DNA from: Alphaproteobacteria bacterium
Lineage (GTDB): Bacteria; Pseudomonadota; Alphaproteobacteria; SP197
Assembly: GCA_965228895.1 (NCBI GenBank)
Contig: OZ245842.1
Coordinates: 480,001 to 544,000 of the forward strand
Length of the DNA: 64,000 nt
Direction: 5' to 3'
Shown here: positions 28,156 to 38,345 of the stretch, piece after piece
Numbering within the stretch: position 1 is the stretch's first letter
Layout: the number at the start of each line of letters is the position of its first letter
Made by a program: the position numbers and the translations under genes
Notes under the pieces: model-generated
Seen by the model: only the letters and a program-made list of their open reading frames with translations
Database searches by the model: none
What the model was told of the DNA's origin: nothing

Positions 28156-29310
28156 ATGGCTCTCTCAGATGAAATCGAGATTGCGGCGCCGGAACGAGGG
28201 GCTTCCAAGCTGGCCTGGAGCGGTCTGAAGCCGTTTCGGATTGTCGGCCTTCGTGATGAAAGCGATGTGGTCAGAAGCTTTTGGCTCGCGCATGAGGACA
28301 GTGACGCGCTGCCCATGTTTTGGGCCGGTCAGTACATTCCGATCCGTTCGAAGGAGGTCGGCGGCGGCCGGCCGCTCATGCGGACCTATTCCTTGTCTGA
28401 AGCGCCGGGTAACAACCGCACGTTTCGGATTTCCATCAAGCGCGAGGAAGGTGCCCTCAACGGCATTCTGCCGCCGGGCGTGTTCTCGAATTACATGCAC
28501 AGCAGCATGACCATCGGTGACTCGCTGCTCGTGGGCGCGCCGCGCGGCAACTTCAGGCTCCAAGCGGCGGGTGACGCGCCCGTGTGCCTCTTGAGCGCGG
28601 GTGTCGGTATCACGCCGGTCTTCAGCATGCTCGCGCACCTGGTCTTGACGGACAGCCGCCGGCCGATTTGGTTCGTGCACGGCACGCGCAACGGCCGCCT
28701 TCATGCGTTCCGCGAGGAGGTGCGAGGACTGGTCTCCGACCGCCCCTGGATTCAGTCCCACATCTGCTACAGCCGACCGCTCCAGGCTGACGCACGGCAG
28801 CACTACTTCGACAGCGTCGGCCGTGTTGATCTCTCGCTCGTGCTGTCACTCGATCTGCCCGCTGAGACCCACTACTTTCTATGCGGTCCACTCGGCTTCT
28901 TGCGGGACCTGTTCCATGGTTTGCGGCGTCGCGGTGTCGACCCTTCGCGGATCCACTATGAACACTTCGGGGCAGCGATCGACTTGGCACTCGAGGCGTC
29001 GGCGTCGGACAAGACCAAGGAGCCGCCCAAGGTGCGGCCACGGCGAACCGGCGAAGAGGCGACCGTCACGTTCGCCAGGTCCGGTCTGGTGGCTCAGTGG
29101 GATGGCTCGGTTGATTCGATTCTCGAGCTGGCGGAGTCCGCGAACATCTCCGCCATGTACAGCTGCCGCTCTGGTGTCTGCCAGACCTGTTCGTGCCGCC
29201 TTCAAGAAGGCGCCGTCGAGTACTTCAACGAACCGGCGGCCGAACCCGAACCGGGCGAGGTTCTCATCTGCAGCGCCCGGCCTCGGGGCAACATCGTGAT
29301 TGATTTGTAG
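28156..29310 (+). CDS. FAD/NAD(P)H reductase with C-terminal 2Fe-2S ferredoxin (oxygenase reductase)
   Basis: RTYSL, SAGVGITP, FLCGP, CRSGVCQTC...LIC. Confidence 0.9.
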   Translation: MALSDEIEIAAPERGASKLAWSGLKPFRIVGLRDESDVVRSFWLAHEDSDALPMFWAGQYIPIRSKEVGGGRPLMRTYSLSEAPGNNRTFRISIKREEGALNGILPPGVFSNYMHSSMTIGDSLLVGAPRGNFRLQAAGDAPVCLLSAGVGITPVFSMLAHLVLTDSRRPIWFVHGTRNGRLHAFREEVRGLVSDRPWIQSHICYSRPLQADARQHYFDSVGRVDLSLVLSLDLPAETHYFLCGPLGFLRDLFHGLRRRGVDPSRIHYEHFGAAIDLALEASASDKTKEPPKVRPRRTGEEATVTFARSGLVAQWDGSVDSILELAESANISAMYSCRSGVCQTCSCRLQEGAVEYFNEPAAEPEPGEVLICSARPRGNIVIDL

Positions 29311-29325
29311 TGGAGGTAAGCCAGC

Positions 29326-29844
29326 ATGGCATTGACCGATACAAGCCCTGGATCCAGTCGCGCACGCCGAAGCCGCGATCTCGACAACAGGGATATCGTG
29401 ATCCTGCGCGAGCTGCAGGCCAACGCACGAATTTCGAATGCCGAGCTCGCGCGGCGCGTCCACTTGAGTCCGACACCTTGTCTGGAGCGCGTCAAACGCC
29501 TTGAGAACGAAGGTTTCATCGAGCGCTACACAACGCTGCTTGACCCGAAGAAGGTCAATGCCGGGCAGACGGTGTTCGTCGAAGTAACGCTCGACCGGGC
29601 GTCAGAGACCTGCTTTGCCGATTTTGCCAAAGGGATCGAGACAGTCTCGGCCGTGGCTGAATGCTTCATGGTCGCTGGTGGTTTCGACTACTTGGTGAAG
29701 ATCAGGGTCGCCGACATGGACGAGTACCGCCGCATCTTGGGCGAAGAGTTGACGACGATTCCGGGCGTCGCCCAAACCCACACCTACGTCGTCATGGAAC
29801 GTATCAAGGAATCCGTGATCATACCGTTAGGTGATCCCGCGTGA
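29326..29844 (+). CDS. Lrp/AsnC-family regulator
   Basis: LDNRD..IL..LQANARISNAELARRVHLSPTPCLERVKRLE, GGFDYL. Confidence 0.93.
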   Translation: MALTDTSPGSSRARRSRDLDNRDIVILRELQANARISNAELARRVHLSPTPCLERVKRLENEGFIERYTTLLDPKKVNAGQTVFVEVTLDRASETCFADFAKGIETVSAVAECFMVAGGFDYLVKIRVADMDEYRRILGEELTTIPGVAQTHTYVVMERIKESVIIPLGDPA

Positions 29845-30128
29845 TGCGGATTTGAAGTACAGTTAATCGATGGAGGAAGTGTGTGGCGACCGATGGTTCG
29901 GTACCGTTGAATTCGTCTCACGGCCTTGGGCGCTCTTCTCATTTGACGCCACGGATGCCGCAGGTTCCAAATCCTGAGTGTGAGGGCTTCCATGCAGCCG
30001 CAGCGGGGACTTGGCGGCGTTCATGGGGACACAACGTCGTACCGGTGACTGGTGATGGACGCAGGCTGCTTCATTGACGGGCCTGTCGCGTTAGTTGATC
30101 TGCCCGGCGTTGTTGGCGAAACCGCGGG

Positions 30129-31604
30129 ATGACCATGCAGACTCTACCGAACATCGTGTGGATGGTGAGCGACCATCAGCCGTTCGGCAATCGTGGTCCC
30201 GAGGCGCTGTCATTCGCCGTGCAATCCAGGTTGGCACAGGAGGGAACGCGTTTCGCTCGGGCCTACACGGTGTTGCCGGTCTGCAGCCCGGCCCGCGCCT
30301 CCATGCTGACGGGCGTCTATCCGCATCGCCACGGCCTGACCGAAAACGATGGGCGCTTTGGCGGTCGCGCCGGGCTCGACCCCGGCGACTGGCTCGTCAA
30401 CCGGTCCTTGAGCGATGCCGGTTATCGCTGTGCCTGGTTCGGCAAATGGCACCTTGATCAGCGACGCCCGGCACAAGCCTATGGTTTTGAGGGGTACTCA
30501 CTGCCGGGCTATGGCTATCCTTACGGGTCGTCCGCTTACCGGGACTATCTGAGTCGTTTGGGACTTGCTGCGCCTGTTGCCACGATCGACATGCCCGGTG
30601 AATCCGGCCGTCCGGCCGGGACCCGTATCCGACTGGCCGAGATGGACGACTGGTTCGACTACGAAGCCGGCGTCGCCCGCCTGGATGGGCCCGTCGAAGC
30701 ACACGAAGCTTACTTTATTGCGCGACTGGCATCGGACTGGATTCACGAAACCGGCGACGAGCCTTTCTTTTTGCGCGTCGATCCTTGGGGCCCTCATCCG
30801 CCTTACATGCTGTCGTCTGCCTTTTTCGGCCAATTTGACGCGAGCGATGGCCACGCGGCTCTCTCACCCAACGCGCTGGCCGCAATTGATCATCGCCCTG
30901 ACCATCATCGGGATTATCGCGACTACTGGTACAACACGCTGCAGCTGGACGGGACGGGGTGGCAGCGTATGGGTGCTGCCGCGCTCGCCCATGCCGCCCT
31001 GGTCGAAACTGCCCTGACGCATGTCTTGGACGCTATCGACGACAAAGGCATTGCCGATCGCACGCTTGTCATATTCACGGCCGATCACGGCGATGCGGTG
31101 GCGTCGAACGGCGGCGTCGCCAACAAGGGAAGCCTCATGGTTGAAGAAAGCATGCGGGTGCCCTTGTTGATCCGCGGACCGGGATTCGAACCGGGTGCCG
31201 TGTGTGACACTCTTGTCACCAATATGGATGTTGCGCCGACGATCCTGGAACTCTGTGGGTTGATCTGTGAACGAGACTTGGATGGCGAAAGCCTGGTCGG
31301 CGTGGCGCGTGGTGAGCGGACGTTCGCTCGTCGCGGTCTTATGGCAGAGCATTATGGACTGCACGAGCGCATCGTGCAGAGAGCCTACTACGACGATCAC
31401 TGGAAACTCGTGGTTCAGCAGGACGGATTTCAGGAACTGTACGATCTCGACAGCGATCCCTACGAACTGAACAATCTCGCCGACACGCGGTCGTGTGAGC
31501 CGATACTGCGAAAACTGCATGCCGGACTGGTCGCGGCAGCCGTCGCAAGCCATGACGGCGAGATCAGTCTTTTCGACGGTCTTGAAGCGGAAGGACCATC
31601 GTGA
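30129..31604 (+). CDS. Cys-type (formylglycine) sulfatase family hydrolase
   Basis: PNIVW..SDH, CSPARASMLTG, GKWHL, TADHG, ELYDL..DPYE..NL. Confidence 0.92.
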   Translation: MTMQTLPNIVWMVSDHQPFGNRGPEALSFAVQSRLAQEGTRFARAYTVLPVCSPARASMLTGVYPHRHGLTENDGRFGGRAGLDPGDWLVNRSLSDAGYRCAWFGKWHLDQRRPAQAYGFEGYSLPGYGYPYGSSAYRDYLSRLGLAAPVATIDMPGESGRPAGTRIRLAEMDDWFDYEAGVARLDGPVEAHEAYFIARLASDWIHETGDEPFFLRVDPWGPHPPYMLSSAFFGQFDASDGHAALSPNALAAIDHRPDHHRDYRDYWYNTLQLDGTGWQRMGAAALAHAALVETALTHVLDAIDDKGIADRTLVIFTADHGDAVASNGGVANKGSLMVEESMRVPLLIRGPGFEPGAVCDTLVTNMDVAPTILELCGLICERDLDGESLVGVARGERTFARRGLMAEHYGLHERIVQRAYYDDHWKLVVQQDGFQELYDLDSDPYELNNLADTRSCEPILRKLHAGLVAAAVASHDGEISLFDGLEAEGPS

Positions 31605-31750
31605 AATCTGTTGTCTTTATCGGCCTCGGCGTCATGGGGCTTCCCATGGCCAGTCATCTCCTCGCCAAGGGATTCGATGTGCTGGGCTCAGATGTCGCGA
31701 GCCCGCCGCGCGATGCGTTGGCGTCGGCGATCATGACGTCGATGCCTTGA
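31601..31750 (+). pseudogene. Truncated 5' fragment of a 3-hydroxyisobutyrate dehydrogenase-like gene
   Basis: VKSVVFIGLGVMGLPMASHLLAKGFDVLGSDVASPPRDAL then stops after 49 codons; close match to the start of the gene at 34681. Confidence 0.8.
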
Positions 31751-31984
31751 CTTGGCCGGGTAACGCTGAATCCGTTTCAATGCATGCAGCGTACTTCTCA
31801 TTTGACCTGATGATGTATTCGCTGTCCTAATTACGTTAGTATAGATGTCCTCATATTTTAACGTCTAAATATACATACAACCCTTAGAGAAGGAATGTTG
31901 TATGTTTTTCAAATCAAGTGTGTCAGTTATTTAAATTTTGTAAATATTGTCTCCATGTGTTCAACAGTCGCACGGGCGAAGTGA

Positions 31985-32860
31985 ATGCAAAGGTCCCGCG
32001 ATACAGGTCGTCCGTCAGTCGGTCGCTACGCGACCGAAGACCTGTTTGATACAGCGCGCTATCCATTGGACGAGCGCGGCTCGCCGAACTATCAGGCGGT
32101 CGTTGAACAGGCACGCTCCGGTCTTGAAGCAGAGCGTTGCGCGAGGCTCGAGGGTTTTGTGCGGCAAGACATCCTTGTGTTGATGCAGGAGGAGGCGGAA
32201 TCGCTTGCGCCGCGCGCTACCTACACGGAGAAGGACCTCAATCCTTACTTCAGTGATCCCCCGCCGGATTGTCCGCCCGATCATCCGCTGCGTCGTTTTT
32301 CGCCACGGCGCCATGGCATGGTCCGTGGCGACATGCTCGACAGGAGCGGTGCAATCTGGGCCGTGTTTCAGAATGCTGATCTCTGCCGGTTTGTCGGCGA
32401 TTGTCTAAGACTTGAGCAGCTCTACACCTACCGGGATCCTTATGGCTGTGTGAACGTGAACGTGCAGCCACGCGGCCGGGAATTCGCGTGGCACTTCGAC
32501 CACAACGACTTCACCGTTTCGATGGGTCTGAAGCAGCCCGCCCAAGGCGGCGTCTTCGAATACGTCCCTGACATTCGCACGCGCACGGAAGAAAACTACG
32601 ACGACGTCCAACGCGTGCTTGATGGTGATCGCAGCCAGGTGCGCGTTCTGGCGCTACGGCCCGGCGATCTTCAGCTGTTTAGAGGCGGCTATAGCCTGCA
32701 TCGGGTAACGGCAGCTGAGAGCGGCGAGCGGCATAGCTTGCTATTGAGCTACGTGACGGATCCCCATCACATCGCGACGCCGGATTATGCCCTGCGCCTT
32801 TGGGGAGACGTGCATCCAGACCAGAGGGAGGCCGCAGCCAGTACACACGGCGTGCGTTGA
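31985..32860 (+). CDS. 2OG-Fe(II) oxygenase, BesD/HalD-like family but with an HxD motif (likely hydroxylase)
   Basis: FAWHFD, GGVFEY, PGDLQLFRG..SLHRVT...R. Confidence 0.7.
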   Translation: MQRSRDTGRPSVGRYATEDLFDTARYPLDERGSPNYQAVVEQARSGLEAERCARLEGFVRQDILVLMQEEAESLAPRATYTEKDLNPYFSDPPPDCPPDHPLRRFSPRRHGMVRGDMLDRSGAIWAVFQNADLCRFVGDCLRLEQLYTYRDPYGCVNVNVQPRGREFAWHFDHNDFTVSMGLKQPAQGGVFEYVPDIRTRTEENYDDVQRVLDGDRSQVRVLALRPGDLQLFRGGYSLHRVTAAESGERHSLLLSYVTDPHHIATPDYALRLWGDVHPDQREAAASTHGVR

Positions 32861-32934
32861 GACGATAGGTGGTCAGATCCATCGACTGCGAACGATGGCG
32901 GTCGGAGTTTTCAGCGAGGAACGGGAGGCAAGTC

Positions 32935-34512
32935 ATGTCGAAGAAACACAATAAAGGATCATTGTCACTCCATAGCGATCGGCGCACCGTTCTTGTCGGC
33001 GGTACGGCCGCTGTTGGCGCAGTTTCGCTTGGTCTTTCCGTGACGGCCTTGGCGCAAACGCCACAGAAGGGGGGCAAGTTCGTCGTCGGCATCTCGAACG
33101 GCGCCAGCACCGATACGCTCGACCCCGCGACCTTCTCATCGGCCTTGCAGATCTTCTTGGGTTACTCGTTGCGCAACAATCTCACCGAGATCGGTTCGGA
33201 CGGCTCGCTCAAGCCGGAACTGGCGGAGAGCTGGGAATCCGACGACGCCAAGACCTGGTCGTTCAAGCTTCGTAATGGTGTTGTGTTTCACAACGGCAAG
33301 TCACTCGATGCCAATGACGTCGTCGAGTCGCTGAAGCTGCACCTTGGTCCGGACTCCGCATCGGGAGCGGCATCCTTGCTCGAGGCGGTCACCTCCGTTG
33401 CGGCCGATGGCAATCAGCGGGTCACGGTCGAACTGTCGCAGGCCAACGCGGATTTCCCGTTCATCTTGTCGGACTATCACTTCAACATCCTGCCGGTTGG
33501 TTCCGATGGTTCGCTTGATACCAGCGGCGTCGGGACAGGCGGCTATGTGCTTGAAAATTACGACCCCAGTGTCCGGACGCTGCTCACCCGCAACGATAGC
33601 TATTGGAAGGAGGGCGCAGCCTTCTTTGACGCCGGCGAGGTGGTTCTCATTAATGACCCGACGGCGCGAGGCAGCGCGCTGATGTCCGGCGATATCGACG
33701 CGATCAACGAGGCTGACACGAGAACGGCCGCCTTGATGGCCGACAACAGCGACGTCATTGTCGAGTCGGTTCCCAGCGGGTTTCACCCGACCTTCGCCAT
33801 GCGCACCGATATGGCGCCCTTTGACAACAACGATGTGCGCTTGGCGCTGAAGTACGGCATCGACCGCCAGGCGCTGGTCGACATCATACAAGGGGGCTAT
33901 GGCAGCGTGGCGAACGACCAGCCCATTGCACCGTCCATGCCTTTCTATGATCCAAACCTGGAGCAGCGTCCCTACGATCCCGACCGGGCCAAACATCACT
34001 TGAAGCAAGCCGGTCTGGACAGCCTTCAGGTTCAGCTCAGCGCCGCGGATGGTATTTGGCCGGGCTGCGTGGATGCCGCGACCATGTATCGTGAGCAAGC
34101 CATGCCGAGCGGCATCGATATCGAGGTCATCCGCGAGCCGAATGACGGCTATTGGTCCGATGTCTGGCTGGTCAAACCTTTCGTTTCCAGCGCTTGGGGC
34201 GCCCGCCCGACCGCCGACATGATTTTCACGCAGGCTTATGCGGCCGGTGGTGCCTGGAACGAGACCGCCTTCGAGAACGCCCGTTTCAACGAGTTGCTTG
34301 TCGCCGCCCGGGCAGAGCTCGACGACAGCAAACGCGCTGAGATGTACAGCGAGATGCAACGGCTGGTGCACGACAACTCCGGCGCCGTCATCCCGTTCTT
34401 CCGTAATCATGTTTATGCGCGGCGGACATCAATCGAACACAGCGGACAGCTGGCCTCGAATTGGCAGCTTGACGGCTACAAGGCGATGGAGCGCTGGTGG
34501 GCTGCCGGCTGA
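32935..34512 (+). CDS. ABC substrate-binding protein, family 5 (peptide/nickel type), Tat signal
   Basis: DRRTVL signal, LDP, PELAESWE, FKLRNGVVFHNG, GTG.Y. Confidence 0.92.
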   Translation: MSKKHNKGSLSLHSDRRTVLVGGTAAVGAVSLGLSVTALAQTPQKGGKFVVGISNGASTDTLDPATFSSALQIFLGYSLRNNLTEIGSDGSLKPELAESWESDDAKTWSFKLRNGVVFHNGKSLDANDVVESLKLHLGPDSASGAASLLEAVTSVAADGNQRVTVELSQANADFPFILSDYHFNILPVGSDGSLDTSGVGTGGYVLENYDPSVRTLLTRNDSYWKEGAAFFDAGEVVLINDPTARGSALMSGDIDAINEADTRTAALMADNSDVIVESVPSGFHPTFAMRTDMAPFDNNDVRLALKYGIDRQALVDIIQGGYGSVANDQPIAPSMPFYDPNLEQRPYDPDRAKHHLKQAGLDSLQVQLSAADGIWPGCVDAATMYREQAMPSGIDIEVIREPNDGYWSDVWLVKPFVSSAWGARPTADMIFTQAYAAGGAWNETAFENARFNELLVAARAELDDSKRAEMYSEMQRLVHDNSGAVIPFFRNHVYARRTSIEHSGQLASNWQLDGYKAMERWWAAG

Positions 34513-34533
34513 TTGCGTCATAGACCAAGTCGT

Positions 34534-34570
34534 GGGGAACGCTCTCTCCTGCACGTTGAGAGCGTTCCCC
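34534..34570 (+). terminator. Stem-loop downstream of the binding-protein gene (terminator or mRNA stabiliser)
   Basis: GGGGAACGCTCTC / GAGAGCGTTCCCC, 13-bp perfect stem with 11-nt loop, no U-tract. Confidence 0.5.
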
Positions 34571-34680
34571 CGACGCGTCACTCGGCATGTTTGCCTCGGA
34601 TACAACCGGCTTCAGACGTTCTCTTGCTAGTTTGCGATAGGGTCAAACCCTAAGATCAGTTGGTTGAGAGGAGGAACGTC

Positions 34681-35565
34681 TTGAAGACGATCACGTTTAT
34701 CGGGCTCGGCGTCATGGGCCTCCCCATGGCGAAGAACCTCGTTGCCAAGGGTTTCGATGTGTTGGGCTGCGATATCGCGAGCCCATCCCGCGATGCCCTC
34801 GTGGAAGCCGGTGGTCGTGCTGTCGACCCGGACGCGTTGTTGCTCGACGGACACGACGCGGTCATCACGATGCTGCCTGAGGGAACCCATGTTCGTGAGG
34901 TCTATAAAGACCTCGTATTCCCCCAAGCAAACTCGGACATGGTTCTGATCGATTGCTCGACGATCGACGTCGAGACGACGCGCTCGCTGTCCATCGCAGC
35001 CGAGGCTAAGGGGCTCGCCATGGTCGATGCGCCGGTCTCCGGCGGTCACGCGGCGGCAGGTTCCGGGCAACTGAGCTTCATGATCGGCGGCAGTGACGAG
35101 GCGGTGGCCCGCGCATGGCCGCTCCTGGAACAGATGGGTGCCAAGCTCCAGCATTTCGGTGCAAGCGGCATGGGTCAGGCCGCGAAGGCCTGCCACAACA
35201 TGATCTGCGGCATCACCGCCATGGCCGTCTGCGAGGGATATGCGCTGAGTCAGGCTCTGGGCCTGGACGCCGCTCAGTTCCACGCTCTGTGCAAAGGCGC
35301 GGCGGCGCAGAGTTGGACGCTGGAGAACCGCTGCCCGATCCCAGGCGTCGCGCCGGACGTGCCATCGAGCAACGGTTATCAGCCGGGTTTCGCTGCCCGA
35401 CTGATGGCGAAGGATCTGCGCTTGGCCCAGACGGCGGCCAAAGCCGCCGGCCTGGAGACGCCGTTCGGCGCGGAGGCGGCGCGCAAGTTCACCGACTTCG
35501 CCGCCGGTGATGATGGCGACCTCGACTTCTCGGCATACTATCGAACCTTGCGCCCGGAGACCTAG
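34681..35565 (+). CDS. mmsB: 3-hydroxyisobutyrate dehydrogenase-family oxidoreductase
   Basis: FIGLGVMGLPMA, DCSTID, DAPVSGG, GQAAKACHN, LMAKDL; GGAGG RBS before TTG 34681. Confidence 0.85.
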   Translation: MKTITFIGLGVMGLPMAKNLVAKGFDVLGCDIASPSRDALVEAGGRAVDPDALLLDGHDAVITMLPEGTHVREVYKDLVFPQANSDMVLIDCSTIDVETTRSLSIAAEAKGLAMVDAPVSGGHAAAGSGQLSFMIGGSDEAVARAWPLLEQMGAKLQHFGASGMGQAAKACHNMICGITAMAVCEGYALSQALGLDAAQFHALCKGAAAQSWTLENRCPIPGVAPDVPSSNGYQPGFAARLMAKDLRLAQTAAKAAGLETPFGAEAARKFTDFAAGDDGDLDFSAYYRTLRPET

Positions 35566-37080
35566 ATGGCAGAGAACATAGCTGACATGACATCCGCGTC
35601 GAAGACGCTTGAACCACGGCTGCCCGTCGACGGTGTCGCCGGCAGTTTCGTCAACGGCACCTGGCATCGGCCGGAGAGTGGCGAAAAACTGACCGTCGAG
35701 AACCCGTCGCGGCGCACGCCTCTGGCGGAGGTCGGGCGCGGCACGGCGCGCGAGGTCGACCTGGCTGTCAAGGCGGCGATGGCGGCGTTCCCCGCCTGGC
35801 GGTCGCTTGCGGCGAGCGAGCGCGGCCGCATGCTGACCGAGCTCGGCGACCGGCTGATCGCCGATGCCGAGGAGGTCGCGCGGCTTCTGGCCGCCGAGAC
35901 GGGCAACGCCATCAAGACCCAGTCGCGTGGCGAGGTGATGGGGGCGGCCGGCGTGCTCAAGTACTATGGCGGCGTCAGTGTCGAGCAGAAGGGCGAGACC
36001 CTGCCATTGGGACCCGGCATCTTCAGCTATTCGACGCGCGAGCCCCATGGCGTTGTCGGCTCGATCATTCCCTGGAACTCGCCGTTGCAGTTGGGCGCGG
36101 TCAAGATTTCGATGGCGCTCGCCACCGGTAACACGCTTGTCCTGAAGCCGGCCGAAGATGCGCCGCTTGCCGTCTTGCGCCTGGTCGAAATGGCCGCCGA
36201 CATCTTCCCGCCGGGCGTCTTCAATGTGGTGACCGGGCTGGGCGAAGAGGCGGGCGCAGCGCTCGCCCGCCATCCCGATGTCGCCAAGGTCTCGTTCACC
36301 GGTTCGTCGGAGGTCGGCAAGCTGGTCGCGTACGCCGCCGCCGACCGCATCGCCAACGTCACGCTGGAACTGGGCGGCAAAAGCCCCTGCATCGTCTTGC
36401 CTGACGCGGCCGAAGATGCGCATCTTGAGAAGACCGTCACGGGTATCTGCAACGCCATGCGCTTTGCCCGGCAAGGCCAATCGTGTACGGCGGGTTCGCG
36501 CCTGTTTGTTCACAGGTCCGTCTGGGACACGATCATGCCCCGGGTCGCCGAGAAGGCCGCCGCCATGATTGTCGGCGATGCCCTCGACCCGGACGTCGAC
36601 ATCGGCGCGGTCATCAACGGCGAGCGCTATGGCGCCATCCGCGCCTATGTGGCGGAGGCCGAAGCGGAAGGCGCGACGTTCCTGACCGGCGCGACTCCGC
36701 CCGACGATCCGCCGGGTTTTCAGCCGATCCCGACGGTCCTAACCGGGCTCGACAACAGCTGGCGCATTGCGCGCGAAGAGGTGTTCGGTCCGGTGCTGGT
36801 CGCCATCCCCTGGGACGACGAAGACGAGGTCGTTGCCATGGCGAACGACACCCATTATGGGCTCGCAGCGTTCATCTTTGCGCGCGATGCCAGCACAATC
36901 GTCCGCATGACCCGCGCGATCGATGCCGGCTGGGTGCAGGTCAATCAGGGCGGCGGCCAGATCCCCGGCATGTCCTATGGCGGCACCAAACAGTCGGGTA
37001 TTGGTAGCGAATACTCGATCGAAGGCGCGCTGGAGGCTTACACGTTCCGCAAATGCGTGACGATCGCGGTCGATCCCTGA
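35566..37080 (+). CDS. NAD(P)-dependent aldehyde dehydrogenase
   Basis: IPWN, KPAE, FTGS, LELGGK, QGQSC, EEVFGP. Confidence 0.95.
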   Translation: MAENIADMTSASKTLEPRLPVDGVAGSFVNGTWHRPESGEKLTVENPSRRTPLAEVGRGTAREVDLAVKAAMAAFPAWRSLAASERGRMLTELGDRLIADAEEVARLLAAETGNAIKTQSRGEVMGAAGVLKYYGGVSVEQKGETLPLGPGIFSYSTREPHGVVGSIIPWNSPLQLGAVKISMALATGNTLVLKPAEDAPLAVLRLVEMAADIFPPGVFNVVTGLGEEAGAALARHPDVAKVSFTGSSEVGKLVAYAAADRIANVTLELGGKSPCIVLPDAAEDAHLEKTVTGICNAMRFARQGQSCTAGSRLFVHRSVWDTIMPRVAEKAAAMIVGDALDPDVDIGAVINGERYGAIRAYVAEAEAEGATFLTGATPPDDPPGFQPIPTVLTGLDNSWRIAREEVFGPVLVAIPWDDEDEVVAMANDTHYGLAAFIFARDASTIVRMTRAIDAGWVQVNQGGGQIPGMSYGGTKQSGIGSEYSIEGALEAYTFRKCVTIAVDP

Positions 37081-38345
37081 TGAACCGGGATCGTTTCGGC
37101 AACCCGATCGATCCGAGTGTCGGCTACGCCAGAGGCACGCTGCTTGGTTCCAGCGCCGACGAGGTCAGGCGGTTGCGTCACGCTCAGTCCGTGGCGGGCG
37201 CGCGTGTTACCGAACAAGGCCCTGACAGCATTGCGATCTTCACCGGCAACTCCCGGTACTTTCCGCTGGGTGGCGACGATGTGTCGACGCTTTGCGAAGA
37301 GTGGGTTGGGCCGGGTTTGTTCAAGGACCGCTTGCGCGATGTCGCGGTGTCTCATCTGGGCGGTGGCGACGGCGATGACGCCGCGGTGTTCAACCGAACC
37401 AGCGCCGGTATTGTTGCATCGATCCTTGCGTTGTCGAACAGGCGACCCGTCATCTCCGTCGTGCCGGACGGCGACCGCTCCCATGCCTCGGTGGTGCGCG
37501 GTTGCCGTCTCGCCGGCGTGCCGCTGGTCGAGGTTGCGGGTTCGTCCGACTGTGCCGAACCGATCGCCGAGCATCGGCCTTGTCTTGTCATCGTCACGAC
37601 TGTGACCAGCACGCTGAGCCGCCTTGACGACGCGCGAACCGAGGCTGCGGTGGCCGCCGCCAAGAGAGCTGCCGCTATCACCTTGCTGGACGAGGCGTAT
37701 GGCGCCCGGCTGCGCACCGTGCTCCATGATGGCAGGCCGAGCCTCGCCCTGGGCGCCGATCTCTCGATCACCAACGCCGATAAGGCCGGGCTTGCCGGAC
37801 CGCGCGCTGGTGTCATGGCCGGATCGCCGGGCGTGCTGATCCCTGTGATCGCGCGGGCAGCGGAGCTCGGTATGGAGGCGCGGGCGCCGATTGCGGCTGG
37901 CGCCATGCGCTCGCTAGAGGCCTTCGACCCCGCCATGTTGCTGGACGAAGCGCGCGACGGGCGCGCCATCGCCGATGTTTTGGCCAACTTGTTCGATGAC
38001 AAGGTCGTTCAACGGTCCGACCTCGGGCCCATGATCGATGAAGAGGATGTGCACGCGATCGTCGTGCGGCGCGCCGGGGTTGAGCGCACGGATATCGTGC
38101 CGGCGGAGACGACGTCGGCCATCGGCATGTTGCTGCTGCGTGACCATGGTGTGCTGACCACCAACACCCATGGCCAGCCGGGTGGCCGCGTTTCGCTTAG
38201 GCTGAAGCCGACACCCGGTGCCGTGGCGCGAGCCGGCGGAGCCGCCGCGTTGGGTGCTGCGGTAGGCGACGCGATTGATGAGGTCGCCGGGAACTTCGGT
38301 AGTCCCAGCTGGCTCGCCAACCTGATTTTTGGGAGCGATGCATGA
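37080..38345 (+). CDS. SelA-like PLP-dependent enzyme (MJ0158-like), function unknown
   Basis: VFNRTSA, HASV, LDEAYGAR, NADKAGLAGPRAG (PLP lysine). Confidence 0.7.
   Translation: MNRDRFGNPIDPSVGYARGTLLGSSADEVRRLRHAQSVAGARVTEQGPDSIAIFTGNSRYFPLGGDDVSTLCEEWVGPGLFKDRLRDVAVSHLGGGDGDDAAVFNRTSAGIVASILALSNRRPVISVVPDGDRSHASVVRGCRLAGVPLVEVAGSSDCAEPIAEHRPCLVIVTTVTSTLSRLDDARTEAAVAAAKRAAAITLLDEAYGARLRTVLHDGRPSLALGADLSITNADKAGLAGPRAGVMAGSPGVLIPVIARAAELGMEARAPIAAGAMRSLEAFDPAMLLDEARDGRAIADVLANLFDDKVVQRSDLGPMIDEEDVHAIVVRRAGVERTDIVPAETTSAIGMLLLRDHGVLTTNTHGQPGGRVSLRLKPTPGAVARAGGAAALGAAVGDAIDEVAGNFGSPSWLANLIFGSDA

Noticed and set aside
34627-36513. 628-aa minus-strand ORF (similar long shadows at 12226-13323, 33301-34410, 41781-42887 and 44525-45808)
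   Set aside because: Antisense to well-supported genes, with no motifs; expected from high-GC codon bias.
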